Origin: Poseidonia sp.
GTDB lineage: Archaea; Thermoplasmatota; Poseidoniia; Poseidoniales; Poseidoniaceae
Assembly (NCBI GenBank): GCA_965661285.1
Contig: CBFIDD010000001.1
Span: forward strand, 64,001-128,000
Length of the DNA stretch: 64,000 nucleotides
Direction of reading: 5' to 3'
Below, piece after piece: positions 9,283-18,680 of the stretch (position 1 is its first letter; each line of letters begins with the position of its first letter). The notes beneath the pieces were generated by a model. The model was not told where the DNA came from and did no database searches. It saw only the letters and a list, made by a program, of their open reading frames with translations. The translations under genes were made by a program, and so were the position numbers.

Positions 9283-10131
9283 ATGGATGCCGAAGTCTCC
9301 CCTGAAATGGCTGCTCAAGTGCTGAGTATGCTCACAGACGGCGGGTCAATGGACCACATCAACACTTCCTTGGCCCTTCACTTGATTCCTCTCGCACAGG
9401 AACTCGACGACCACGAACTGGTGGAGCAGCTCTTGGAACACGCCAGGAACATCGCCTCCAACGACGAAGAGCGAGGGTGGGCGAAATTTGAGGCCCTCAA
9501 GGTGATGGAAGCGAAGATCGAAAGTTATCTCCCCCTCGCTGAAGAAGCCGAGCAACTCGAAGGTGCACAAGCGCTCTCAGCAGCGGTCAATCACTACGTG
9601 GCTCTGCTCTATCTGGCAGAAGACCGGCTGGACGAAGCCCGGGCAACCGCCCAACATGCGCTTCGCCTTCGCCACCTGCTCGAAGACAAGCAAGGCCTCT
9701 CGTACGGCATGGCGCTCCTGATGGCTATCGCCAAGCGGCAACACGATGAGGAGACGGCCATCGCGGTTGGAACGGAACGATTGGAATTGCTCATGACCCT
9801 CAAAGACGAGGAAGGCCAAATGGAGGTTCTGGCAGATTTGGCCCACAGTCAAGCGACCATCGGCGAGTTCAACACCGCACAGGACCTGTTCGAACAATCC
9901 TTGGAACGAGCCAAGGCCTTGGGAAGCCTCTCGGGTCAACTGGTTGCGAGGTGGGGGCTGGCGGATTTGGCCGAGATACGCGAAGACTACCAAGCCGCCA
10001 TGCTGGTCCTCTCCGATGCACTCCACGAATTCATCGGCGAAGACTTGGCCGCCCCTGCACAACTCAAACAACGCATCAACGATTTGACCAACCTGAAGGA
10101 CAAGCCAAACCCGAGCGGCGACGAAGCCTAG
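9283..10131 (+). CDS. TPR-like helical repeat protein
   Basis: Repeated helix pairs (LADLAHSQATIGEFNTAQDLFEQSLE; LADLAEIREDYQAAM); GAGGTG SD upstream. Confidence 0.7.
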   Translation: MDAEVSPEMAAQVLSMLTDGGSMDHINTSLALHLIPLAQELDDHELVEQLLEHARNIASNDEERGWAKFEALKVMEAKIESYLPLAEEAEQLEGAQALSAAVNHYVALLYLAEDRLDEARATAQHALRLRHLLEDKQGLSYGMALLMAIAKRQHDEETAIAVGTERLELLMTLKDEEGQMEVLADLAHSQATIGEFNTAQDLFEQSLERAKALGSLSGQLVARWGLADLAEIREDYQAAMLVLSDALHEFIGEDLAAPAQLKQRINDLTNLKDKPNPSGDEA

Positions 10132-10183
10132 TGCTCCACACCCATTATGAGCCATGGCGGTTTGGGAAGAACGGTGAGTGAAC

Positions 10184-11434
10184 ATGGAGCATGACATCTT
10201 CTTCTCCATCTCACAAACCCCTGATGAAGACGGCCATATTCCATCCGAGGCCACGATGTTGCGGAATTATTTCCAGCAACTGGAATGCGCTGACCGTCTT
10301 GGTTTCGGCGTGGGATGGATTGCTCAAGCCCACCTCTCAACCGAGACCCAGAAGTCAAACCAACGTCCGGTCGTGCCCCATTGGAAGGGCGAGGTTGGGC
10401 TCTGCACCGACTTTCCTCAACTCGCTTTGGAATCGTTTCGCCGCACCAACCGCATCGAAATTGGCAGCGCAGTGGTGTCCATTCTCGCCTCCGGAGGCCC
10501 CATCGCTCAGGCCGAACGCATGGCGAACCTCTTGAGCCTGCACGGCCTTGATGAGGACGAACACCGATGCTTGCACGTCGGGTTCTCAGCAGGGCGGTTT
10601 GAATTCATGGCCCGGCCCTATGGCGTCGTGCCCCGCAACGCGATTGAGGAAGCCGCGTGGCCGGCCCTACGAGGTCAAATCTTCATGGAGGCCGCCGAGA
10701 TTTTCCTGCGATTGTTGCGTGGCGACGTCATCAACTCCACCATGATTCGACCCACCGTGTTGACCCGAGCAAACTTCCGAAGCGATGGGGATTGGGAGGC
10801 CGTCCAAGACGCAGCGGTTGAATTTGAGGCGCTCGAAACGAGGCCTGAATCCATTGCGATTCCATCGAAGTACGTGTTTGAAGACCTCAAAATCATTCCA
10901 ACTGAGTTCCGTCGGTCGTTGTTGAAATTGGTCGCAGGCACGCACGACCCTCGAGCACAAACCTTCGTGAACAGCATTCTTCCCGTGAAGGTCTTCAACC
11001 TCTCCATCACCTCGCCCGAGGTCATTGATGCGACGCACGAGCGCATGCGGGAAGTCTACCACCCCGACGGCGGTGCTTGGAAGCGTAGCGACATGCCCCG
11101 AACGAGTTTTGTGTTCTTGAACGCCGAGGCCGGATTGACGCCGGAAGAACAGAGTGCTGCGGCGCAAATTGAAGCCGACCAGGCCCTCAGCGCTTACTGG
11201 AACGCACTCGAGGGGACCATCGACCCGGACAAGGTTTCCAAAGCCGCCAACAACGCTCTCATCGGCAACGTCGAAGAGGTGGCCCAACAGATGGTCGAAC
11301 GGTTCCACCCCGAGGACCGCATCATGGCGTGGTTTGATTTCTTCAACCACGATTCAGAACGTGTCTGCCGAAACATGACGGCCTACATGGAACAGGTGGT
11401 GCCACTGGTTGAGACGATGCTCAAGGAGGCGTAA
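10184..11434 (+). CDS. LLM-class (luciferase-like) flavin-dependent oxidoreductase
   Basis: ADRLGF..GWIAQAH, RTNRIEIGSAV, PIAQAE, GFSAGR, and C-terminal LIGNVEEV pattern of the luciferase-like TIM barrel. Confidence 0.75.
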   Translation: MEHDIFFSISQTPDEDGHIPSEATMLRNYFQQLECADRLGFGVGWIAQAHLSTETQKSNQRPVVPHWKGEVGLCTDFPQLALESFRRTNRIEIGSAVVSILASGGPIAQAERMANLLSLHGLDEDEHRCLHVGFSAGRFEFMARPYGVVPRNAIEEAAWPALRGQIFMEAAEIFLRLLRGDVINSTMIRPTVLTRANFRSDGDWEAVQDAAVEFEALETRPESIAIPSKYVFEDLKIIPTEFRRSLLKLVAGTHDPRAQTFVNSILPVKVFNLSITSPEVIDATHERMREVYHPDGGAWKRSDMPRTSFVFLNAEAGLTPEEQSAAAQIEADQALSAYWNALEGTIDPDKVSKAANNALIGNVEEVAQQMVERFHPEDRIMAWFDFFNHDSERVCRNMTAYMEQVVPLVETMLKEA

Positions 11435-11436
11435 TC

Positions 11437-12555
11437 ATGGGGGTTCACCACGATACTTTTTCGGCCGTTCAACCCGGAAAACCCGGCTCTGCCATGTACC
11501 CCGAATCGCCGCTGGGCGAAAAGGTCGAAGGCATCCCGACCGGCCGGGATGTTGACTGGGAGCCGCTCGTGGACTATCGCCGAAACGGTGTCTCGGAAAC
11601 CACCATTCATGGTGCCGTCGCTTGGGCGCACGGCGACGAAGTGATCCACTCCTTTGGAGGCGACGTCCTCTGCTACGGCCGCTCAATGATGAAGCCCTTC
11701 ATGCTGAAAGCGTTCACGGACGAACTCGAAGATTGTTCATGGGAACAGAAGGCCATCGCCGTCGCCTCGCACAACGGCGACACCGAACACGTCGCGGCCG
11801 CCCAATCGCTGCTCAGCGAATCTGAATGGCCACTGATGCTCACGCCGCTGGATGTGCCACTGATTCAATTCGGGCGACAGGTTCGGCGGCCACGGCGCTG
11901 GTTTCACACCTGTTCGGGTGAACATGCAGCCATTCTGCGAGGCTGTCGCATGAAAGGCTGGAAGCGGGCCGGCTACACGCTACCAACGCACGAAGTCTTC
12001 CACGCCTACATGGAACAGTTGCGCACCTACCTCGGCGAGGATTGGGAGCCTCTTCGCATCGCCAAAGACGGTTGCGGCTTACCAACCGTCTCCAACACCG
12101 TCTCTGAATTGGCACAGATTTACGCCGGTCTGGTCCGCGACAAGGACGACGACTGGATTTGGGAAGCCATGGTACGACACCCCGACCTTGTGGGTGGATT
12201 CAATCGCCTCGATTCCACCGTCCTCAAAGCGGGGGAAGGCCGCGTCATCGCCAAGGAAGGCGCCGATGGTTTGCTTGGCATGGCCATTGAACACCCCGAC
12301 TATCCCAAAGGGCTGGGCATCGTCGTGAAAATTGCTCATGGTTGGAACTCCCAGGCCACATGGTATGTCGCAAGGGCGTTGCTGGGTGTGCTCGGCATCA
12401 ACTTGCGGAACCCCTACCCGCTCCACCGCCAAAAGGCGTTCATCGTCCCGGGCATCGTGCCCGAACGCTATGTTGAGGTCCTCGAAACCGTACCGACATG
12501 GGACGAATGGGACCCCGACCAGGACCGTTGGCATTTCGACCATGAGGTGAGTTGA
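11437..12555 (+). CDS. L-asparaginase II (class 3) family amidohydrolase
   Basis: RSMMKPF, ASHNG, CSGEH, DGCGLP and AKEGADG motifs; GGAGG SD upstream. Confidence 0.8.
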   Translation: MGVHHDTFSAVQPGKPGSAMYPESPLGEKVEGIPTGRDVDWEPLVDYRRNGVSETTIHGAVAWAHGDEVIHSFGGDVLCYGRSMMKPFMLKAFTDELEDCSWEQKAIAVASHNGDTEHVAAAQSLLSESEWPLMLTPLDVPLIQFGRQVRRPRRWFHTCSGEHAAILRGCRMKGWKRAGYTLPTHEVFHAYMEQLRTYLGEDWEPLRIAKDGCGLPTVSNTVSELAQIYAGLVRDKDDDWIWEAMVRHPDLVGGFNRLDSTVLKAGEGRVIAKEGADGLLGMAIEHPDYPKGLGIVVKIAHGWNSQATWYVARALLGVLGINLRNPYPLHRQKAFIVPGIVPERYVEVLETVPTWDEWDPDQDRWHFDHEVS

Positions 12556-14003
12556 TGAAGCCGATCATGAACTTCATCAACGGCGAATTTCAGCCCGCTG
12601 CTTCCGGAGCGGTCATGGAAACGGTCAATCCGGCTACAGGCGAAAGCATCACCACCCTGCCACGCTCCAACGCTGAAGATGTGGCACTCGCCACACGGGC
12701 CGCCCTCGAAGCAGGACCGGCATGGGCCGCCACGAGCCTCGAAGAACGCATGGCCTGGCTTCACCGCATCGCTGATGCGCTCGAGGAGGAGGCTGAAACC
12801 ATTGCACAACTCGAAAGCATGGACACCGGGAAACCCATCGCATTGGCCCGCCAAGTTGACGCTGCTCGTTCCGTGGCAAATTTCCGTTTTTTCGCTGACT
12901 TTGGACGCGACCACACCGAGCCGACCTTCGTTGACCATGGGGCCATCAACCACGTGCACCGCTCACCGGTCGGCTGCGTTGGACTCATCACGCCGTGGAA
13001 TCTCCCCCTCTACTTGCTCACCTGGAAAGTCGCGCCCGCCTTGTTGATGGGCAACACCATCGTGGCCAAACCCTCGGAACTGACCCCGATGACCGCCAAC
13101 CACCTCGCCAAGGTGCTGAAGCGTCTCGACTTTCCAAAGGGCGTTTTCAACCTCGTACACGGTCTTGGCCCCGAGGTGGGACAGGCCATTGTTGAACACC
13201 CAGACATACGAGGTATCTCCTTCACCGGCGGCACGGCCACGGGGAAAATCGTCGCTGCCACAGCCGCTCCGATGTTCAAGAAACTCTCCCTTGAACTCGG
13301 CGGAAAAAACGCCACCATCGTTCTGGCCGATGCACCGCTTGATTCGGTCATGGACGGGATCGTCCGAGCCTCGTTTACCAACTCCGGACAGGTGTGCTTG
13401 TGCGGCTCACGTGTGCTGGTGGACGCCACCATCTACGACCGCTTCAAGGCCAAGTTTATCGAAGCCGTCAACGGCATCGTCGTTGGCGACCCCACCAAGG
13501 AGAACACGGTCATGGGGTCGGTGATCTCCTCGGACCACCAAGCCAAAGTCGAATCGTACATCGAACTCGGCCGGCAAGAAGGCGGTACGGTGTTGACCGG
13601 TGGGCTGGCTTCTGAGGCACCGGTGGAGGGTGTCTCACCAAACGGAGCCTTTCTTCGACCGACCGTCATTGAAGGCTTGAGCCACACCACTCGCACCGCC
13701 ACCGAGGAAATCTTCGGGCCGGTGGTCACCCTTCATGCCTTCACCACGGAAGACGAAGCTGTTGCGATGGCCAACGCCACCGAATACGGCTTGGCAGGTT
13801 CGGTGTGGACGGCCGATGTGGAGCATGGACACGCCTTTGCGCAACGAATTGATACCGGCATCGTCTGGGTGAACACGTGGCTCAACCGAGACTTGCGGAC
13901 ACCCTTCGGCGGCGTCAAACAATCGGGAGTGGGAAGGGAAGGCGGTGCATGGTCGCTGAACTTTTTCTCTGAATTGACCAACATCTGTGTTCAGCAACCC
14001 TGA
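12552..14003 (+). CDS. amnC: Aldehyde dehydrogenase, 2-aminomuconate/2-hydroxymuconate semialdehyde dehydrogenase (ALDH8) type
   Basis: PWNLPLYLLTWKVAPAL, FTGGT, LELGGKN, GQVCLCGSR, EEIFGPV, WLNRDLRTPFGG..SGVGREGG. Confidence 0.8.
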   Translation: MMKPIMNFINGEFQPAASGAVMETVNPATGESITTLPRSNAEDVALATRAALEAGPAWAATSLEERMAWLHRIADALEEEAETIAQLESMDTGKPIALARQVDAARSVANFRFFADFGRDHTEPTFVDHGAINHVHRSPVGCVGLITPWNLPLYLLTWKVAPALLMGNTIVAKPSELTPMTANHLAKVLKRLDFPKGVFNLVHGLGPEVGQAIVEHPDIRGISFTGGTATGKIVAATAAPMFKKLSLELGGKNATIVLADAPLDSVMDGIVRASFTNSGQVCLCGSRVLVDATIYDRFKAKFIEAVNGIVVGDPTKENTVMGSVISSDHQAKVESYIELGRQEGGTVLTGGLASEAPVEGVSPNGAFLRPTVIEGLSHTTRTATEEIFGPVVTLHAFTTEDEAVAMANATEYGLAGSVWTADVEHGHAFAQRIDTGIVWVNTWLNRDLRTPFGGVKQSGVGREGGAWSLNFFSELTNICVQQP

Positions 14004-14041
14004 GAACACATGTTCAAATGCTAGCCAAGCGGAGGCAAACC

Positions 14042-14770
14042 ATGGACGACAAAGCCCTTCCGCTGTTCGTCCTGCCCATGGTCTTGTTTCCCGGTGAACT
14101 TCAGGAACTGCGTGTGTTTGAACCAAGGTACCGACAGATGCTGGATACCTGCATTTTGGATGAGCGCCCGTTTGGTTTGGTGATGAACGACCCCTTCGCA
14201 CCCACCAACGGTTGGGATGGCCCCCGGCCGCACGGATGCGAGGCCATCATTCTCAATCACGAGACACGGGGCGTAAATCATTTCATCACCATCACCGGAG
14301 GACGTCGTTTCTTTGTCGAAGAGGTCATTGAGCCAGCACTCCCTCCGTTTTCTGACCCGTCCATGGCCACGCTGGTTGAAGAAGGATTAACCCCGGACGT
14401 CGACACCTTGCTGCAACATCTTCCGGAAGACGCCAACCACAGCAAATTGTACATCTCTGCCAAGGTCAACTACCTCGAGGAGGTGGGCGAATTGAACGAG
14501 GACGACAAAGGGTTCTTGCGCACACTGACCCGAACCATCGTCCACCGTGCGGGCCGCGGCATGAACGTGGACGTCGATGTGTTGGACGGCTGGGTCGAAT
14601 CCATCTGTGAGGAACAAATCTCTGAGCGAAAAGAGTCCATCTACAACATCGCCGCCTTGTGCCTTAACGACTTGGAAGGGCGTCAACAACTGCTGGCGAG
14701 TGCCAACGCAGAAGAGGCCCTGCACGAGCTTCAAAACCAAGTCTTTGGCTTCGCTGGCGAGGCAGAATAA
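14042..14770 (+). CDS. Stand-alone Lon peptidase substrate-binding (LON_N) domain protein
   Basis: [13 protein letters not shown]...[13 protein letters not shown]...FGLV signature; no AAA+ or protease domain. Confidence 0.8.
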   Translation: MDDKALPLFVLPMVLFPGELQELRVFEPRYRQMLDTCILDERPFGLVMNDPFAPTNGWDGPRPHGCEAIILNHETRGVNHFITITGGRRFFVEEVIEPALPPFSDPSMATLVEEGLTPDVDTLLQHLPEDANHSKLYISAKVNYLEEVGELNEDDKGFLRTLTRTIVHRAGRGMNVDVDVLDGWVESICEEQISERKESIYNIAALCLNDLEGRQQLLASANAEEALHELQNQVFGFAGEAE

Positions 14771-14813
14771 CCGCAGGCGACGAGTTCAAAACACCGTGAG
14801 CGGTGGAACCGCT

Positions 14814-15635
14814 ATGTCCGTTTACAGCGAAGCGCGGAAAGTCACCACGCACACGCTTCAGGAAATGAAGCGCGCAGGTGAGAAAATCACCATGCTCACC
14901 GCCTACGACTATTCCCTGGCGCGACTTGTCGACCAGGCGGGTGTTGATGTCATTCTTGTTGGCGACTCCGCCTCCAACGTCATGGCAGGCCAAGTCACCA
15001 CGGTGCCGATGACCCTCGACCACATGATCTACCACGCCCAATGCGTTGAGCGGGCCGTTGACCGCGCCCTCCTCGTGGTGGACATGCCGTTTGGCTCCTA
15101 CCAGGGCAATTCTCGCCAAGCCCTTGAGTCGGCCATTCGCATCATGAAAGAATCGAGCGGCCACGCCGTCAAACTGGAAGGTGGCGCTGAAATCGTGGAA
15201 TCCATTGAACGCATCTTAACCGCCGGCATCCCCGTCATGGGACATCTCGGATTGACCCCACAGTCCATCTACAAATTTGGCACCTACTCCGTCCGTGCCA
15301 AAGAAGAGGAGGAAGCGGAGAAGTTGATCGCCGACGCCAAGGTGTTGGAGGCTGCTGGATGCTTTGCCATCGTGCTTGAAAAAATTCCACGCGAACTCGC
15401 CAAGCGTGTCTCGCAAGCCCTAACCATTCCCACCATCGGCATCGGTGCTGGGCCTGATGTGGACGGGCAAGTGCTCGTGCTTCACGACCTGTTGGGCATC
15501 ACGATGGACTTCTCTCCACGCTTCCTTCGCCGCTACCTCAACCTCGCAGAGGACATCGACGGGGCCATCAAGGGATACTGTGCCGATGTGCGCTCCGGGG
15601 ACTTTCCCAACGACGATGAATCGTACACCTCGTGA
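14814..15635 (+). CDS. panB: 3-methyl-2-oxobutanoate hydroxymethyltransferase
   Basis: [49 protein letters not shown]. Confidence 0.95.
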   Translation: MSVYSEARKVTTHTLQEMKRAGEKITMLTAYDYSLARLVDQAGVDVILVGDSASNVMAGQVTTVPMTLDHMIYHAQCVERAVDRALLVVDMPFGSYQGNSRQALESAIRIMKESSGHAVKLEGGAEIVESIERILTAGIPVMGHLGLTPQSIYKFGTYSVRAKEEEEAEKLIADAKVLEAAGCFAIVLEKIPRELAKRVSQALTIPTIGIGAGPDVDGQVLVLHDLLGITMDFSPRFLRRYLNLAEDIDGAIKGYCADVRSGDFPNDDESYTS

Positions 15636-16130
15636 TCACATCAGCAGGCTGAAGTACAACAGCGAGCCACCCAAGGCCCCGATGTTCACGCCCATGGTGT
15701 GCCAAATGGCGAGCCGAAACGGAGGCAAGTGAAAACGCCACCATGAGGTGCTGACCCATATCCACAACACGGTGGCGAGATAGCCACCGCACACAAACCC
15801 ACCCATACCGGTGGACCAGACGAACAACAGCGGTACGCCGAGTGCGGCAATGCCGCCGAGATAGTCCAACCACATGGATTGGGGATGCGGCGTCAGCCAG
15901 CGGTGAAGCAACGGGGAAAAGAGCATCATGATGAGCAATCCGCCCTGAGGTGGATTGGGCAAGCCGTAGGTCAAATGCGGGGAAACCGTGGCCTGCCAAA
16001 CGGCACCTGCGACCATACCAAACAGCGTGGGGAACATGACGTTGACCCACGTTTCGGACCAGGTTGCGGAGACGGGTTGCTGAACGAGGAGTTCAGTCGA
16101 AGGGGACGCTTCGGCCTCTCCCGCTTCCAT
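15636..16130 (-). CDS. Hypothetical multi-pass membrane protein
   Basis: About five hydrophobic segments; start taken at ATG 16130 with a TATA-like element ~25 nt upstream; fills the gap between panB and the dioxygenase. Confidence 0.65.
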   Translation of the reverse strand: MEAGEAEASPSTELLVQQPVSATWSETWVNVMFPTLFGMVAGAVWQATVSPHLTYGLPNPPQGGLLIMMLFSPLLHRWLTPHPQSMWLDYLGGIAALGVPLLFVWSTGMGGFVCGGYLATVLWIWVSTSWWRFHLPPFRLAIWHTMGVNIGALGGSLLYFSLLM

Positions 16131-16200
16131 GTGTAGACCCAATCCTGCCGCTTGTTTAGGGCTTCGTGTTGACCTTGGCTTGGTGGGGTGCCGATGATGA

Positions 16201-16208
16201 ATTAAACC
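16201..16208 (+). promoter_or_regulatory. Putative TATA box for a leaderless amnB-amnA/ridA transcript
   Basis: ATTAAACC ends 19 nt before the ATG at 16228, with no SD. The same spacing recurs at other operon-first genes (e.g. CTTAACAT before 476, CTTAAAGG before 46193). Confidence 0.5.
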
Positions 16209-16227
16209 TCGGTGCAGTGCGACATCC

Positions 16228-17130
16228 ATGGGCAAAGGCCAGATTGTCGCTGGATGCATTGCACCGCATCCGCCACACCTTGTGTATGCGGAAAACCCCC
16301 CTCAGAACGAGCCGGTCGCTGAAGGTGGTTGGGAACAACTGCGCTGGGGCTATGAACGCCTCCGTGCCTCCCTTGCCCAGCATGATTACGACGCCATCGT
16401 TCTTCTCTCACCGCACTGGCAAACCTACGTTGGCACCCATTTTCTCGGTCTGCCGCATTTTGAGGGGCTTTCGGTCGACCCGATTTTCCCCAATCTCTTT
16501 CGCTACCACTACGACATGAACGTGGACGTCGAACTTGCGAAGGCCATCCATGACGAAGCGGCCAAAGCTGGGCTGCCGGTGAAGATGATGGAAAATCCTG
16601 ACTTCCGTGTTGACTACGGTACCATCACCACCGGGCACCTGTTCAACCCCGAATGGGACAAACCGCTCGTGGTGATTTCCAGTAACCGCTCCACGGCCTA
16701 CTACTCGGTCGAGGTCATGCAAGAAATCATGATCGAACTCGGAAAAGTCACCCGCAAGGCCATTGAGGCCAGCGGAAAGAAGGTCGTGGTCCTCGCCAGC
16801 AATTCACTCTCCCACCGCCACTTCACCACCGAATCGGAGGTTCCCGAAGACATGAGCAAAGAACACATCACCAGCCACGCCATGCATCTGTGGGACATGC
16901 GGATGATCGATTACATGCGCAGCGGACAAGCCCAACGCATTCTTGACGAAATGCCCGAATTCACCGAACAGGCCATCGCAGAGAGCGACGGTGGCGGCCT
17001 CTCATGGCTGCTCTCCGCCCTGGATGTCCCGGATTACCCAGCCATCCTCCACGGCTATGGCACCATCATCGGGACCGGAAACGCCGTGGTCGAATGGCCC
17101 TGTTATGCTCACGAGGTGAACGACGCATGA
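16228..17130 (+). CDS. amnB: 2-aminophenol 1,6-dioxygenase beta (catalytic) subunit, LigB-type extradiol dioxygenase
   Basis: APHPPHLVYAENPPQNEP..EGGWEQLRW.YER N-terminus characteristic of AmnB/CnbCb; SPHW, VDYGT, SLSHRHF, E.DGG, YGTIIGTGNAV. Confidence 0.88.
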   Translation: MGKGQIVAGCIAPHPPHLVYAENPPQNEPVAEGGWEQLRWGYERLRASLAQHDYDAIVLLSPHWQTYVGTHFLGLPHFEGLSVDPIFPNLFRYHYDMNVDVELAKAIHDEAAKAGLPVKMMENPDFRVDYGTITTGHLFNPEWDKPLVVISSNRSTAYYSVEVMQEIMIELGKVTRKAIEASGKKVVVLASNSLSHRHFTTESEVPEDMSKEHITSHAMHLWDMRMIDYMRSGQAQRILDEMPEFTEQAIAESDGGGLSWLLSALDVPDYPAILHGYGTIIGTGNAVVEWPCYAHEVNDA

Positions 17131-18572
17131 GTGCAGGCGACGTGGTGGCCTCGTTTGTTGTGCCCGTTCACCCCCATACGGTGCTGGCGCCCGACCAAAG
17201 CCCGGGATGGCGCCGATTGCGAGACGCATTCGACGAAGCCGCTCAAACCATTCGCGACCTCGAAGCGGATTTGCTCATCATCTACTCGACCACATGGCCC
17301 TCCATCATCGGCCATCAAATCCAAGCCGACCCCAATCCCGAGTGGGTCATGGTGGACCACGATTTCCACGACCTTGGCTCCATTCCCTATTCGTTCAACA
17401 TCGACGCTGAATTCGCCCACGCGTGGAACGAAGCCAACGAAAAGCGAGGCCTCCAGAGCCGCTGTGTGAACTACAAGGGCTTCCCCATCGATGTCGGTTC
17501 CGTGGTGGCACTCACGCTGCTCAATCCCGACAACACCATCCCGGCCGTCATCGTCTCCTCAAACATGTACGCCAACCGGAGCGAGACAACGGTGCTGGCC
17601 AAGTCCTGCCTTGACGTGGTGAAAGCCCAAGGACGCCGCGCGGTGGCCATCACCGCCATGTCCCTCTCCAACCGGATGTTCACCGATTTCATCCAGCCTG
17701 AGGAGGACAAGATTCACTCCCTCAAGGACGACGAGTGGAACAGGAAAATATTGGAATTCCTCGAACAGGGACGCCTGGAAGATGTCGGTCAACTTTCGCG
17801 GACCATCCACCGTCAAATTCGAGTGCAAAAAGTGGTCGCGTTCAAGCCCATGTGGTGGCTTTCGGCGATGAACGGAAATCGCAACGATTTGACCGGGCGC
17901 GTCATGGCCTACGAGGCCATCCACGGTGCTGGAGGTGCCGTTGTTCACCTCGACCCAACGCCATCAGGTGCAGGGGACAAGGAATACGACGAGGATGATG
18001 TGGAGTATTTCCACGGCGAGCGTGGTGTGCTTGACGCAGGGGCGGACGACGTCGATTCGCCAACAGCGTCCGAGCCGGCCGAGGCTGGCAGCGAAGAGCC
18101 AGCATCCGTGACACAAGCCAACGGCCCCGCCTTGTGGGACCCAACCCAAGCCGAGGGTTCGGTCAACACCGAGGCAGCGCCAAAACCGGTGGGCGCCTAC
18201 CCGCACGCTCGGAAAGTGGGCGATATGCTCTACCTTTCCGGCGTTGGTCCTCGGCAACCCGGCACCAACGCCATCCCCGGAGGACCGATTCACGACGAGG
18301 ACGGCGATCCACTTGACTACGATATCAAAGCGCAGACACACGCTGTCGTGGAAAACATCCGCCGTATCGTCGAAGAAGCCGGAGCTCGGTTTGACCAGAT
18401 CGTGGATGTCACCACCTTCCTCGTTGACATGAAGCGGGATTTCGCGGGGTACAACGAAGTGTGGGCTGAAACCCTTGGAACGGTTGGGCCCACCCGCACC
18501 ACCCTTGCCATCGATGCGCTACCAACGCCCATCGCGGTGGAGATGAAGGTCATCGTCCACCTCGGGGAATGA
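17127..18572 (+). CDS. amnA: Fusion of a 2-aminophenol 1,6-dioxygenase alpha-like subunit and a RidA-family (2-aminomuconate deaminase-like) domain
   Basis: ATGA overlap with amnB. The N-terminal LigB-fold domain has YSTTW in place of the metal His, plus GFPIDVG and EDKI...DD.WN. An acidic/Pro linker follows, then PVGAYPHARKVG.MLYLSGVGPR...RTT..IDALPTPIAVEMK (RidA). Confidence 0.82.
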   Translation: MSAGDVVASFVVPVHPHTVLAPDQSPGWRRLRDAFDEAAQTIRDLEADLLIIYSTTWPSIIGHQIQADPNPEWVMVDHDFHDLGSIPYSFNIDAEFAHAWNEANEKRGLQSRCVNYKGFPIDVGSVVALTLLNPDNTIPAVIVSSNMYANRSETTVLAKSCLDVVKAQGRRAVAITAMSLSNRMFTDFIQPEEDKIHSLKDDEWNRKILEFLEQGRLEDVGQLSRTIHRQIRVQKVVAFKPMWWLSAMNGNRNDLTGRVMAYEAIHGAGGAVVHLDPTPSGAGDKEYDEDDVEYFHGERGVLDAGADDVDSPTASEPAEAGSEEPASVTQANGPALWDPTQAEGSVNTEAAPKPVGAYPHARKVGDMLYLSGVGPRQPGTNAIPGGPIHDEDGDPLDYDIKAQTHAVVENIRRIVEEAGARFDQIVDVTTFLVDMKRDFAGYNEVWAETLGTVGPTRTTLAIDALPTPIAVEMKVIVHLGE

Positions 18573-18680
18573 TTTCCGGAATCCGGCGTTTGTTTATCGA
18601 ATACATACAAATTGCTAATATCCTTTGGCGATTATCACGAAACAACACAGCATTCTGGTGTTAGAAATCGGGGAATGTTC

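Noticed and set aside
17004-17126. N-terminal extensions given by the ORF track (also 14577, 7749, 16259, 44606, 54017)
   Set aside because: They overlap neighbouring genes or promoters; downstream starts fit SD/TATA spacing and family N-termini better.
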